Assembly: GCA_937936785.1 (NCBI GenBank) | Contig: CALDDQ010000002.1 | Span: 61,192 to 125,191, forward strand | Reading direction: 5' to 3' | Length of the DNA stretch: 64,000 nucleotides | Source of the DNA: an uncultured Endomicrobiia bacterium | GTDB lineage: Bacteria; Elusimicrobiota; Endomicrobiia; DTEH01 | Part shown: positions 29,300 through 38,135 of the stretch, piece after piece | How the letters are laid out: each line of letters opens with the position of its first letter | Numbering within the stretch: the first letter of the stretch is position 1 | Translations under genes and position numbers: made by a program | The notes under the pieces: model-generated | Seen by the model: only the letters and a program-made list of their open reading frames with translations | Database searches by the model: none | What the model was told of the DNA's origin: nothing

Positions 29300-29877
29300 A
29301 AATAATATATAATACAACTGCCAAATTTTTAATTTTATTAACCATGTTGTTTTATGTTGGTTGTACGCTAACGCCAAGAGGTGTGTTTTATAAAGATTTT
29401 GACCCGAGAAGAATTTCAGTTATTTCAGTAGGACAATTTACAACTTCAAGTGGTAATGCTATTAGTGACTATGTGAAAAATTTAATGATACAAAATTTGT
29501 TAGCAAGAAACTTTACTGTAAAAGAAGTTAACTCGGAAGATGTAGATTATGTATTATTAGGGAGTGTAACAAAATTTTTGCCAGAGAAAAAATTTTTAGT
29601 ATACACAGGGACAAACAAACAACAAGTAATGTTAGGTGGTCCTTTGACAGAAATTAGTGGTAGTAATGTGTACAACATTGGCACTGCATTTGGTGTTTCG
29701 GATGGAGAAATAGTTGTTACTAACGCTACAGTAGGAGTTAGTGCGAGGTTAGTAGAAAAAAGAACAGGTAATGTTGTCTGGAGCAGTTCATTTTCGTACG
29801 AAGCGCTAACTGCAGATACTGCAGCAGAAATTGTTGCAAATTATTTGATTACTTCATTGACAGGGTTAAGAAGATAG
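29296..29877 (+). CDS. Putative lipoprotein
   Basis: Signal peptide with lipobox-like 'LFYVGC' followed by a Ser/Thr/Gly-rich beta-type domain. No family recognised. Confidence 0.4.
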   Translation: MKIIYNTTAKFLILLTMLFYVGCTLTPRGVFYKDFDPRRISVISVGQFTTSSGNAISDYVKNLMIQNLLARNFTVKEVNSEDVDYVLLGSVTKFLPEKKFLVYTGTNKQQVMLGGPLTEISGSNVYNIGTAFGVSDGEIVVTNATVGVSARLVEKRTGNVVWSSSFSYEALTADTAAEIVANYLITSLTGLRR

Positions 29878-29902
29878 CTCTAAACAAGGAGAATAAAAAA
29901 TT

Positions 29903-30193
29903 ATGCAAGCAGGGATAGTAGTAGGCCGTGTTTGGGCAACACAAGAATATGAAAGTTTGAAAGGAAAAAAATTGTTGTTAGTATTACCAACAACATGGGA
30001 TAAAAAAATTAAATCTAATGATCCGATTGTTATGGTAGATACAGTAGGTGCGGGTGCAGGTGAGTTTATTTTTTATGTTTCATCTAGAGAAGCAGCAGTA
30101 GCTTGTGGTGGCAACAGTTTAAAAGATACACCTCCGGTAGATGCAGCTATTGTTGGAATAATTGATGGAATAAATTTAACAGAGGAATTATAA
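29903..30193 (+). CDS. BMC vertex protein (BMC-P; EutN/CcmL family), paralogue 2
   Basis: 'MQAGIVVGRVWATQEYESLKGKKLLLV...MVDTVGAGAGEF'. Confidence 0.85.
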   Translation: MQAGIVVGRVWATQEYESLKGKKLLLVLPTTWDKKIKSNDPIVMVDTVGAGAGEFIFYVSSREAAVACGGNSLKDTPPVDAAIVGIIDGINLTEEL

Positions 30194-30492
30194 TGTTTAT
30201 AGCAAAAGTTGTAGGAAATCTTTGGGCTACAAGAAAACATAAAAGTTTAGAAGGTGGAAAACTTTTATTAGTAAAAAAGTGTGATGGTTTAACAGGCAAG
30301 TTTTACAATGAAGAACCATCTTTAGCAATTGACATAAATATTGGAGCAGGTATTGGCGATATTGTTTTAGTTATGGATGAAGGCAGTTCTGCTAGACAAA
30401 TTCTAAACAACAAAATTGCTCCTGTTAGAACAATAGTATGTGGAATTATTGATTTGGTAAATTCTGGCAAACAAACAAAAAAATGGCATTAA
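30193..30492 (+). CDS. BMC vertex protein (BMC-P; EutN/CcmL family), paralogue 3
   Basis: 'MFIAKVVGNLWATRKHKSLEGGKLLLV...AIDINIGAGIGDIVLV'. Start overlaps the upstream stop by 1 nt. Confidence 0.8.
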   Translation: MFIAKVVGNLWATRKHKSLEGGKLLLVKKCDGLTGKFYNEEPSLAIDINIGAGIGDIVLVMDEGSSARQILNNKIAPVRTIVCGIIDLVNSGKQTKKWH

Positions 30493-30530
30493 ATGTTAAG
30501 ACAAAAAAAAATTAAGGAGTTAAATAGATT

Positions 30531-32027
30531 ATGAAAAACTTGTTATGTATTTTAATGGGTGGAGACAGAAATTTGCAAACAGCGTTTAATGCAGTGAAAG
30601 AGTTTACAAAAATTTTTATAGTAAAAATTTTTGTAAGCAAATCAGCAACACAAATTATTGGCACAGAAAAGATAAAGTCAGAATTAAGAGGTTGTGAAAT
30701 TATTATACCAAACGGAGAATATCTTGACCCACATAAATTATCTAATTGGGCAGATGTTTTAGTTATTCCGATTTTAACTTTGAACGGTTTGGCAAAAATT
30801 GTAAATCTTATGCCAGATAGTCAACAGATTAATATTACGATTGGTTGTCTGGAAAAAGGTATTCCAGTGATTGTATCAAAGGATAGTGTATTTTGTTCTT
30901 GTTATCCAGACCCTTCTGTGAACAGTCCATTATATAGAAAAGTAGAACAAAATTTGTCAGAGTTAAAATCATTAGGGATAACAGTTTCTACAGGTGAAAA
31001 TTTAGTTAACAATGTTTTAATACAATGTGGTATGGTAGAAAGTGTGATAAAACCATCTTCAGGTGGGAAAATTTTTTCTAACAACAAAATAATTAATGTA
31101 ACTTCAACTACACTTGGAAAAAATTTTGTTTCTGATAATGTAAATGTTACGATAGGTTCAGCAGGAAAAATATTTTCTAAGCCTCTAACAAAAAGTGGTA
31201 ATATTATTGATGATATTTGTGTCGCATTTAAGTTGAGTGACACATCACAAAATTTAGAATGTTTAAGTTGTGGAAAATGCGTAGAACGAAAAAAAAGATC
31301 CGTAGCACAAGTAATAAATGCTGGTGCAGATAGAATTGCTGCATATGATGTAAAAGATGTTGGGAAAGAAATTGCTCCATTAATAGATCACACCTTACTT
31401 AAAGCAAATGCAACTCAAGAAGAGATTGTAAAATTGTGTGAAGAAGCGAAGAAATATAAGTTTGCTTCTGTATGTGTCAATCCCGCATATGTAAATTTGT
31501 GTAAGCAACTATTAGGATCAAGTTCAGTAAAGGTATGCACAGTGATAGGGTTTCCGTTGGGAGCAACAACTTCGACTGTCAAAGCAATAGAAACAAAAGA
31601 AGCAATTGCAAACGGTGCAGATGAAGTTGATATGGTAATAAATATAGGTGCACTAAAATCAGGAAATTATCAATTGGTTTTTGATGACATTAAATCTGTT
31701 AGGGAAGCCTCTAGAGGAAAAATTTTAAAGGTAATAATTGAAACTGCATATTTAACTAAAGAAGAAAAAATTAAAGCATGTGAATTGTCCAAAGAAGCAG
31801 GTGCAGATTTTGTAAAAACATCAACAGGATTTGGACCTTCAGGTGCAACAGCAGAAGATATTGCATTAATGAAATTTGTTGTTGGACCTAAAATTGGTGT
31901 TAAAGCTTCTGGTGGAATACGTTCATTAGATGATGCAGTAAAAATGGTGAAAGCAGGAGCGACACGAGTAGGAGCTTCTGCTTCAGTAGCAATTGTAAGA
32001 GGTGAAGTTGGTAAAAGTAAATATTAA
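30531..32027 (+). CDS. deoC: Fusion protein: N-terminal degenerate flavoprotein (HFCD/CoaC)-fold domain plus Cys-rich linker plus C-terminal class I deoxyribose-phosphate aldolase (DeoC)
   Basis: C-terminal about 230 aa are near-canonical DeoC ('[11 protein letters not shown]', '[11 protein letters not shown]', Schiff-base Lys in '[10 protein letters not shown]', '[10 protein letters not shown]'). N-terminal 'CILMGG...[18 protein letters not shown]...LKSLGITV' resembles the flavoprotein fold but lacks the FMN-binding signatures. Linker carries 'ECLSCGKC'. Confidence 0.8.
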   Translation: MKNLLCILMGGDRNLQTAFNAVKEFTKIFIVKIFVSKSATQIIGTEKIKSELRGCEIIIPNGEYLDPHKLSNWADVLVIPILTLNGLAKIVNLMPDSQQINITIGCLEKGIPVIVSKDSVFCSCYPDPSVNSPLYRKVEQNLSELKSLGITVSTGENLVNNVLIQCGMVESVIKPSSGGKIFSNNKIINVTSTTLGKNFVSDNVNVTIGSAGKIFSKPLTKSGNIIDDICVAFKLSDTSQNLECLSCGKCVERKKRSVAQVINAGADRIAAYDVKDVGKEIAPLIDHTLLKANATQEEIVKLCEEAKKYKFASVCVNPAYVNLCKQLLGSSSVKVCTVIGFPLGATTSTVKAIETKEAIANGADEVDMVINIGALKSGNYQLVFDDIKSVREASRGKILKVIIETAYLTKEEKIKACELSKEAGADFVKTSTGFGPSGATAEDIALMKFVVGPKIGVKASGGIRSLDDAVKMVKAGATRVGASASVAIVRGEVGKSKY

Positions 32028-32107
32028 AAAAACAGTTAACTAAAAAATGACAGTAAATAAAATTTTATAAAAAACCCGTGGAAAAATTTTTTATACAGGA
32101 GGAATTT

Positions 32108-32404
32108 ATGGAAGAGAAAGATGCAGTAGGAATGATAGAAACGCGCGGAATGGTTGGTATGGTAGAAGCCACAGATGCAATGGTAAAAGCGGCAAAGGTT
32201 AGACATATTGGGTATGAAAAGGTTGGGACAGGTTTAGTAACAACTTTTGTAAGAGGAGAAGTTGGAGCAGTGAGAGCTGCAGTTGAATCTGGTGCTGCCG
32301 CAGCACAGAAAGTTGGTGAGTTAGTTTCTGTCCATGTAATTCCGCGTCCACATGAGTATTTGGAAAAATTGTTGTCTAAAATAGAAAAAGATTTTGAAAA
32401 ATAA
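32108..32404 (+). CDS. BMC hexamer shell protein (BMC-H; PduA/EutM-like)
   Basis: 'AVGMIETRGMVGMVEATDAMVKAAKV...GEVGAVRAAVESG'. Start taken at ATG 32108, which follows a GGAGG RBS; the ORF-track start 32078 is a GTG. Confidence 0.85.
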   Translation: MEEKDAVGMIETRGMVGMVEATDAMVKAAKVRHIGYEKVGTGLVTTFVRGEVGAVRAAVESGAAAAQKVGELVSVHVIPRPHEYLEKLLSKIEKDFEK

Positions 32405-32455
32405 AAACTTTTTATTCCAAATTTTAATGATTTTAATTTTTTGATAAATTTTTAA

Positions 32456-32770
32456 ATGAATAAAGAAGTTATTGTTGAGATTATTATTGAAGAACTTAAG
32501 AAACTTGGTTATTATGTTAATACAGAATCTCAATCAACAAATTTGGCTAAAAATTATAAATCAGGTTTTTTTACCAAAGAAAAATATATAAAAAGTGTAA
32601 CATCATTACCACCGGGTAAAAAATTAATTACAGAATATGATGTTAGACAGTATATTAAACTAAAAAATAACACAAAAGAATTTATAGTTCCAGAAAATGT
32701 TATTATAGGTCCTTTAGCAGAAGATTTAATAAATAGTTTAGAACTAAAGATTGTAAAGAAAAAAGGTTAA
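32456..32770 (+). CDS. Hypothetical protein (104 aa) immediately downstream of BMC-H
   Basis: ORF only; no recognisable motifs. Confidence 0.3.
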   Translation: MNKEVIVEIIIEELKKLGYYVNTESQSTNLAKNYKSGFFTKEKYIKSVTSLPPGKKLITEYDVRQYIKLKNNTKEFIVPENVIIGPLAEDLINSLELKIVKKKG

Positions 32771-32849
32771 ATTGCTCGTCATACAAGTTGACAAATACAA
32801 AGATGTATATTTTAAAAACTAATTAGTAAAAATCTAATTTAGGAGATTA

Positions 32850-33929
32850 TTGATGAACATAGACCAACTGTTGCAGGTTATGATAAAAACAGGGATTTCG
32901 GATATACATTTTAAATCAAACTCTGCCCCGTTAATAAGAATGAATGGGAAACTTATACCAACACAATATGAAAAGTTTACAAATGAATCAATACAAAAAA
33001 TGGCATATAGTTTAATGAACGATGTTCAAAAAAAAATTTTTGAGCAAGAAAACGAATTAGATTTTGCATATTCAATTTCTGGCTATGCAAGATTTAGAGT
33101 TAATATTTATAAACAAAAAAATTCTGTAGCTTTAACATTAAGAGTAATACCATTAGATTTAAAAACATTTCAAGATTTACATTTACCAAACGATGTTTTG
33201 ACAAAATTATGTAATGAATCACGGGGGTTAGTTTTAATAACAGGAGTGACAGGTTCAGGTAAAACAACGACATTAAATGCGATGTTGAATTTTATAAACG
33301 AAAAGTATCAATATAATATAATTACTGTAGAAGATCCAATTGAATATTATCATATTGACAAAAAATCTTCAATTTCTCAACGGGAAATAGGTAGTGATAC
33401 AAAATCGTTCAAGAATGCTTTAAGATACGTTTTAAGACAAGATCCAGATGTTGTAGTAATAGGAGAAATGCGCGATTTTGAAGCAATTTCTGCCGGGATA
33501 ACAGCAGCAGAAACAGGGCACTTAGTATTATCAACTATACATACTATAGATGCAGTACAAACAATTGATAGAATAATTGATACATATCCGCCACATCAAC
33601 AAAAACAAGCAAGGATTCAGTTATCTAATGTTTTAAAAGGTATTATTGGTCAAAGACTATGTTTATTAAATTCAGGCGAAGGAAGAATTCCTGCAACAGA
33701 AGTGTTAATAGCAACATCATTAGTTAGAAAATTAATTTTAGAAGATAAACCTCAAGAACTTTATAAAGCCATGGAAAATGGTGCATATTATTTAATGCAT
33801 ACATTTGACCAGGCATTATTAAAATTACATATTGATGGTGTAATTTCTTTTGAAGAAGCGATGGACAAAGCTACTAATCCAGAAGATTTACAATTAAAAC
33901 TTCGTGGAATTTCACAATCAAAAAGTTAA
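32850..33929 (+). CDS. pilT: Type IV pilus retraction ATPase PilT
   Basis: 'ISDIHF', Walker A 'GVTGSGKTTTL', Asp box 'NIITVEDPIEY', His box 'GHLVLSTIHT'; 359 aa. Confidence 0.85.
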   Translation: MMNIDQLLQVMIKTGISDIHFKSNSAPLIRMNGKLIPTQYEKFTNESIQKMAYSLMNDVQKKIFEQENELDFAYSISGYARFRVNIYKQKNSVALTLRVIPLDLKTFQDLHLPNDVLTKLCNESRGLVLITGVTGSGKTTTLNAMLNFINEKYQYNIITVEDPIEYYHIDKKSSISQREIGSDTKSFKNALRYVLRQDPDVVVIGEMRDFEAISAGITAAETGHLVLSTIHTIDAVQTIDRIIDTYPPHQQKQARIQLSNVLKGIIGQRLCLLNSGEGRIPATEVLIATSLVRKLILEDKPQELYKAMENGAYYLMHTFDQALLKLHIDGVISFEEAMDKATNPEDLQLKLRGISQSKS

Positions 33930-33947
33930 TTTTGGAGAAAATATTTC

Positions 33948-34778
33948 GTGAATGAATCAAGAAAGGATTTAAACGATATTTTATCAGAACTACATAAAGT
34001 ATTAGATGATTTATCTTTAGAAACAGGGGTGAAGGAAAAGTTAGAACCAGTAATTTCTAAAGAACCAAAATTAGATGAACTGGTTTCAGATAATAAGATT
34101 AAAAAAGAAGATATTGCTTTAGACACAGAACAAAATGTTAAGTTGAATACTTTGGTTAATGACAAAGAAAAAGAAATTTTCCAAGAATCAAAGGAATTTT
34201 ATGTGGAAGATAAAAAAGAACCATTGGTTGACAAACAAACGGTTGCTTTTGAACAAAATCATGCTGAACAACAACAAGATTTGCATGGACATCTGGTTAA
34301 TAACAATAACACAGAAAAAGTTTTAGAAGAAAAGTTACCACAAGAAACTAAAATAAAAGAATCTCAATCACAAGAATCTATTGTAATAAAACAAGAAGAT
34401 ATAAATCAAACTATAATAAATACAATCATTATATATCCTAAAAGTATTCCGGATGCTAAACAAACTTTTTATGATCAAGTCAACACAACATTAAAACGAG
34501 TAAGTAAAAAACCAGTAAGGATGATTTCTGTTTGGGAATTGCAGTATGAAAATTCAGAACAAGATTTGATAAAAAATTATAATTGGCTATTGTCACAGAT
34601 AAAAACAAATGATGTAAAAGGTCTTTTTTTTATAACGAATGAAGCAGTAATTTTAGATGATTTCATAAAAAAGGTTGCAATGGAAGTTTTTATGATAAAA
34701 TCTATAAAATATTCAGAACTTAAATCAAAATCTATATATTTGGATATAGCAATTGACATACTACTTACTGTAAAATAA
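33948..34778 (+). CDS. Acidic hypothetical protein whose C-terminal about 140 aa domain is shared with the downstream DnaA-like protein
   Basis: The Glu/Lys/Gln-rich N-terminal half is low complexity. C-terminal 'IIIYPKS...NYNWLLSQIKTNDVKGLFFIT...SIYLDIAIDILL' aligns by eye with the C-terminus of the 34790..36694 product. Confidence 0.4.
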   Translation: MNESRKDLNDILSELHKVLDDLSLETGVKEKLEPVISKEPKLDELVSDNKIKKEDIALDTEQNVKLNTLVNDKEKEIFQESKEFYVEDKKEPLVDKQTVAFEQNHAEQQQDLHGHLVNNNNTEKVLEEKLPQETKIKESQSQESIVIKQEDINQTIINTIIIYPKSIPDAKQTFYDQVNTTLKRVSKKPVRMISVWELQYENSEQDLIKNYNWLLSQIKTNDVKGLFFITNEAVILDDFIKKVAMEVFMIKSIKYSELKSKSIYLDIAIDILLTVK

Positions 34779-34789
34779 AATAATAAAAA

Positions 34790-36694
34790 ATGATAACTTC
34801 TTGGGAGTTAAAATTTTCTCCTGTTGAAAAATATTCCAACAGGTATAGATTAAAGGTAAATTGTTCTAATGAAGATGTTGAAGAAATTAGTAGTTTTTTA
34901 AAAGACGAGTTAAAACTTGATATATCACCTGCGTTTCAATCTTTAAGTGGCGAATATAACTGGGGAATTTATATTTATGATTTGAAGAATGATGAAAAAC
35001 AAAAACTCGTAGAAAAAATGTTTTTTGTATGTAAAAATGGTTTTGTAGAGGATAAAGAAAAAATGCAACCAAATGTAGAAAAAACAAATGTTGCAGATGT
35101 TTCACCCGAGCTAGGAAATATTTTATCAGATTTAGTAAAAAATATGACAGAAAAAGCTGTTGCTACAAATTCAGAAAAAGAAACTTTTGTAAATGTAAAA
35201 ACTATTGAAGAAGAATATCAAGGGTTACCTTTAGTTCCAAGATATACATTTGAAAATTTTGTAGTAGGTCCAAATAATAGGTTTACTCACGCAGCAGCAT
35301 TGGCTGTTGCAGAAAATCCTGGCAAAACTTATAATCCATTATTTATTTATGGTGGAGTAGGTCTTGGTAAAACACATTTAATGCAAGCTGTAGGGCATTT
35401 TTTAAAAACAAAAAAACCTCTAAGTAAAATCATGTATATAACTTCAGAAAAATTTGTAAGTCAAGTTATAGAAGCTATAAGAAAAGGTGGAATTCGTAAT
35501 TTACGCGATTCGTATCGTGATATAGATTTACTTTTGATTGATGATATACAATTTATGGCAGATTCAGAATCTACTCAAGAAGAATTTTTCCATATATTTA
35601 ACACATTACACCAATATGGCCGGCAGATAGTAATGACTAGTGATAGACCACCAAAATTACTTACAACTTTAGAGGATAGATTAAGGTCAAGGTTTGAGTG
35701 GGGCTTAATTGCAGATATAAAATCTCCTTCATTAGAGACACGTGTCGCAATTTTAAAACGCAAAGGTGAAGAAGAAAATGTTAATTTAGATGATAATATT
35801 TTGTTATACATAGCATCAAAACTTAAGTCCAACATTCGTGAATTAGAAGGTTTTTTAAAACGAATAAATGTGTATGCAAATTTGACGAATCAGCCAGTAG
35901 ATATTACTTTAGTTAAACAATTAATGAGCGAATTGTTACCAAAAGAAGAACTTACTGATGAAGAAAAAAGTATTTTAGAAAAAAGTAATGAAGAGACATC
36001 TTCTTCGACTAAGGATGTTGTATCTATTCCCAAACCGAAACCCAAGGTTCAAACATTTAAATCAGCAACACAAAATGACAGTCGTGATAATGTAAAAACT
36101 GTTGTTCAAAAAGTAAAACCAATTTCAATTGAGAACATATATAAATCATCTAAAGAAATTCCTAATACAGTATCAAAACCAGAATCAAAAAATATAGAAG
36201 AACAAAAATTTGTTGTAGAACAACAAAATAAGATTTCTCCACAACAGAATGAAGATAAACTAATAAAGATAGATGAAGAAAAATTTTATCAGGACTACGA
36301 ATCTGCAGTTAATGTAGTTGAAGTATCATTTTTTTATCCGGAGGGTAAGTTAGAAGAGTTGTATGTAGTAAAACAGAAGTTTGCTGAAATTATCAAAAAA
36401 CATAATTTAAGATACAAAATAGTTACAGCTTTTGATAGGCCATATGCATTAGAAAACATAAACTATAAAATGTTTTTAGAATTATGTAAAACTAATAAAA
36501 TTGATGTTTGTGTTTTAATCTCGCCACAACCCGGCGAGATAGTTTCTACGGAAGAATTTTATGAAAACATAGCTCCGTTAATGGAAGCAGGAGAGATTAT
36601 CTTTGAATTCATTCCTTGGCGTGATTTAACTAAAGAATATAGATATTTAAACCTAGCATTAGACATTGCATTGTCAAAATTTAAATTAGAATAA
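34790..36694 (+). CDS. DnaA-like AAA+ ATPase: canonical DnaA domain III, but no DnaA domain IV (DNA-binding HTH); instead a charged linker and an unrecognised C-terminal domain
   Basis: Domain III motifs: 'RYTFENFVVGPNNRFTHAAALAVAENPGKTYNPLFIYGGVGLGKTHL', 'IDLLLIDDIQF', 'QEEFFHIFNTLHQYGRQIVMTSDRPP', 'LEDRLRSRFEWGLIADI', 'SNIRELEGFLKRI'. No 'GGRDHTTV'-type signature anywhere C-terminal. Not followed by dnaN. Confidence 0.6.
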   Translation: MITSWELKFSPVEKYSNRYRLKVNCSNEDVEEISSFLKDELKLDISPAFQSLSGEYNWGIYIYDLKNDEKQKLVEKMFFVCKNGFVEDKEKMQPNVEKTNVADVSPELGNILSDLVKNMTEKAVATNSEKETFVNVKTIEEEYQGLPLVPRYTFENFVVGPNNRFTHAAALAVAENPGKTYNPLFIYGGVGLGKTHLMQAVGHFLKTKKPLSKIMYITSEKFVSQVIEAIRKGGIRNLRDSYRDIDLLLIDDIQFMADSESTQEEFFHIFNTLHQYGRQIVMTSDRPPKLLTTLEDRLRSRFEWGLIADIKSPSLETRVAILKRKGEEENVNLDDNILLYIASKLKSNIRELEGFLKRINVYANLTNQPVDITLVKQLMSELLPKEELTDEEKSILEKSNEETSSSTKDVVSIPKPKPKVQTFKSATQNDSRDNVKTVVQKVKPISIENIYKSSKEIPNTVSKPESKNIEEQKFVVEQQNKISPQQNEDKLIKIDEEKFYQDYESAVNVVEVSFFYPEGKLEELYVVKQKFAEIIKKHNLRYKIVTAFDRPYALENINYKMFLELCKTNKIDVCVLISPQPGEIVSTEEFYENIAPLMEAGEIIFEFIPWRDLTKEYRYLNLALDIALSKFKLE

Positions 36695-36857
36695 AAAAAG
36701 TATAGAAATACATAGTATAATTTGTTATACATTGAAAAAGAGTTGGAAATTTGAGGATTTTGATAATTTTGTGTCAGAGATTAAAAATATAAATAAAATA
36801 TAAGATAAAATATGTTTTATTCTTAATAACTTAACTTTTAACATAGGAGAATTAAAA

Positions 36858-38135
36858 ATGAAGCGATTTATAATTTTTGTTTTGTTGACAACATTTTTTT
36901 CTATAACAACAACGTTTGCAAAACAGGAACAGGATAAGACATATCAGCAATTGAAAATTTTGTTAGATGTGTTAAACTATACAAAAGAAAATTATGTAGA
37001 GGAAGTTGATATAGAAAAATTGATAAATTCAGCAGCTAAAGGAATAACAAGATCTTTAGATGCTTTTTCACAATTTATGGAACCAGATGATTTTAAAGAA
37101 CTAAAAGTTGAAACAGAAGGCCAGTTTGGAGGGTTAGGAATAAGAATTGCAATTAGAGATGAATGGTTAACTGTTATTACACCGCTACCTGGCACTCCTG
37201 CATATAAAATAGGTATATTACCTGGGGATAAAATTGTAAAAATTGAAAATGAATCTACGCAAGGAATTACAGTTACTGATGCAGTAAAAAAACTTCGTGG
37301 TACACCTGGGACAAAAGTTAATATTACAATAGTTCGTGAAGGAGTGAAAGAACCGATTGATTATACTATTACTCGTGATATTATAAAAATTGAAGCGGTG
37401 AAATTTAAGACAGAACTAAAAGATGGTATAGGGTATATTGCTCTTTATGAGTTTAATAGTAATTCTTATAGTGAGATGGTTGATTCATTGAACGAATTAA
37501 AGAAAAGAGGTATGACAAGTTTAGTTTTAGATTTAAGAAATAATCCCGGTGGTTTACTAAATCAAGCTGTAGATATTTCGAAACTTTTTATTGGTGATAA
37601 TAAACTAATAGTTTATACTGAAGGTAGAAATGCTCCAAGAAAAGATTATCGTGCAGATGAGAAAGCTTTGTTTGCTGATATTCCAATGGTAACTTTAGTT
37701 AACGGAGGTTCTGCTTCTGGAGCTGAGATTTTAGCAGGAGCGTTGCAGGATAACAAACGGTCTTTAATAATTGGTTCACAAACTTTTGGTAAAGCATCTG
37801 TGCAAAGTGTTTTAAATTTGGATAAGGGATATGGATTAAAAATTACAACAGCGAAATATTATACTCCTTCAGGAAGAAGTATTCAAAGGGAAGAAAAGTC
37901 TTCTGTTAAAGGTTCAACTGAAACTTACACAGGTGGAATTATACCTGATATTATTATAAACGTTCCCAAGGAGATAGAAGCAAAATTATATCAGCAAAGA
38001 GAAGAAATTTATTTTTCTGGTAAAGAGCCTGTTTCTGCAGTAAAAAAAGAGGATCAGGTTGAAGATGTTGTTTTAAATCGTGCATATGAAATTCTAAAAG
38101 CAATAAATATTTATTCTCAATATAACAGAAAATAA
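36858..38135 (+). CDS. S41-family C-terminal processing peptidase (Ctp/Prc-like)
   Basis: Signal peptide; PDZ region 'GLGIRIAIRDEWLTVITPLPGTPAYKIGILPGDKIVKIE'; 'LDLRNNPGG'; catalytic 'GSASGAEI'. Confidence 0.8.
   Translation: MKRFIIFVLLTTFFSITTTFAKQEQDKTYQQLKILLDVLNYTKENYVEEVDIEKLINSAAKGITRSLDAFSQFMEPDDFKELKVETEGQFGGLGIRIAIRDEWLTVITPLPGTPAYKIGILPGDKIVKIENESTQGITVTDAVKKLRGTPGTKVNITIVREGVKEPIDYTITRDIIKIEAVKFKTELKDGIGYIALYEFNSNSYSEMVDSLNELKKRGMTSLVLDLRNNPGGLLNQAVDISKLFIGDNKLIVYTEGRNAPRKDYRADEKALFADIPMVTLVNGGSASGAEILAGALQDNKRSLIIGSQTFGKASVQSVLNLDKGYGLKITTAKYYTPSGRSIQREEKSSVKGSTETYTGGIIPDIIINVPKEIEAKLYQQREEIYFSGKEPVSAVKKEDQVEDVVLNRAYEILKAINIYSQYNRK

Noticed and set aside
32078-32107. GTG start for the BMC-H gene as given by the ORF track
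   Set aside because: ATG at 32108 is preceded by a GGAGG RBS and yields the canonical BMC-H N-terminus; the 10 extra residues are unlikely.
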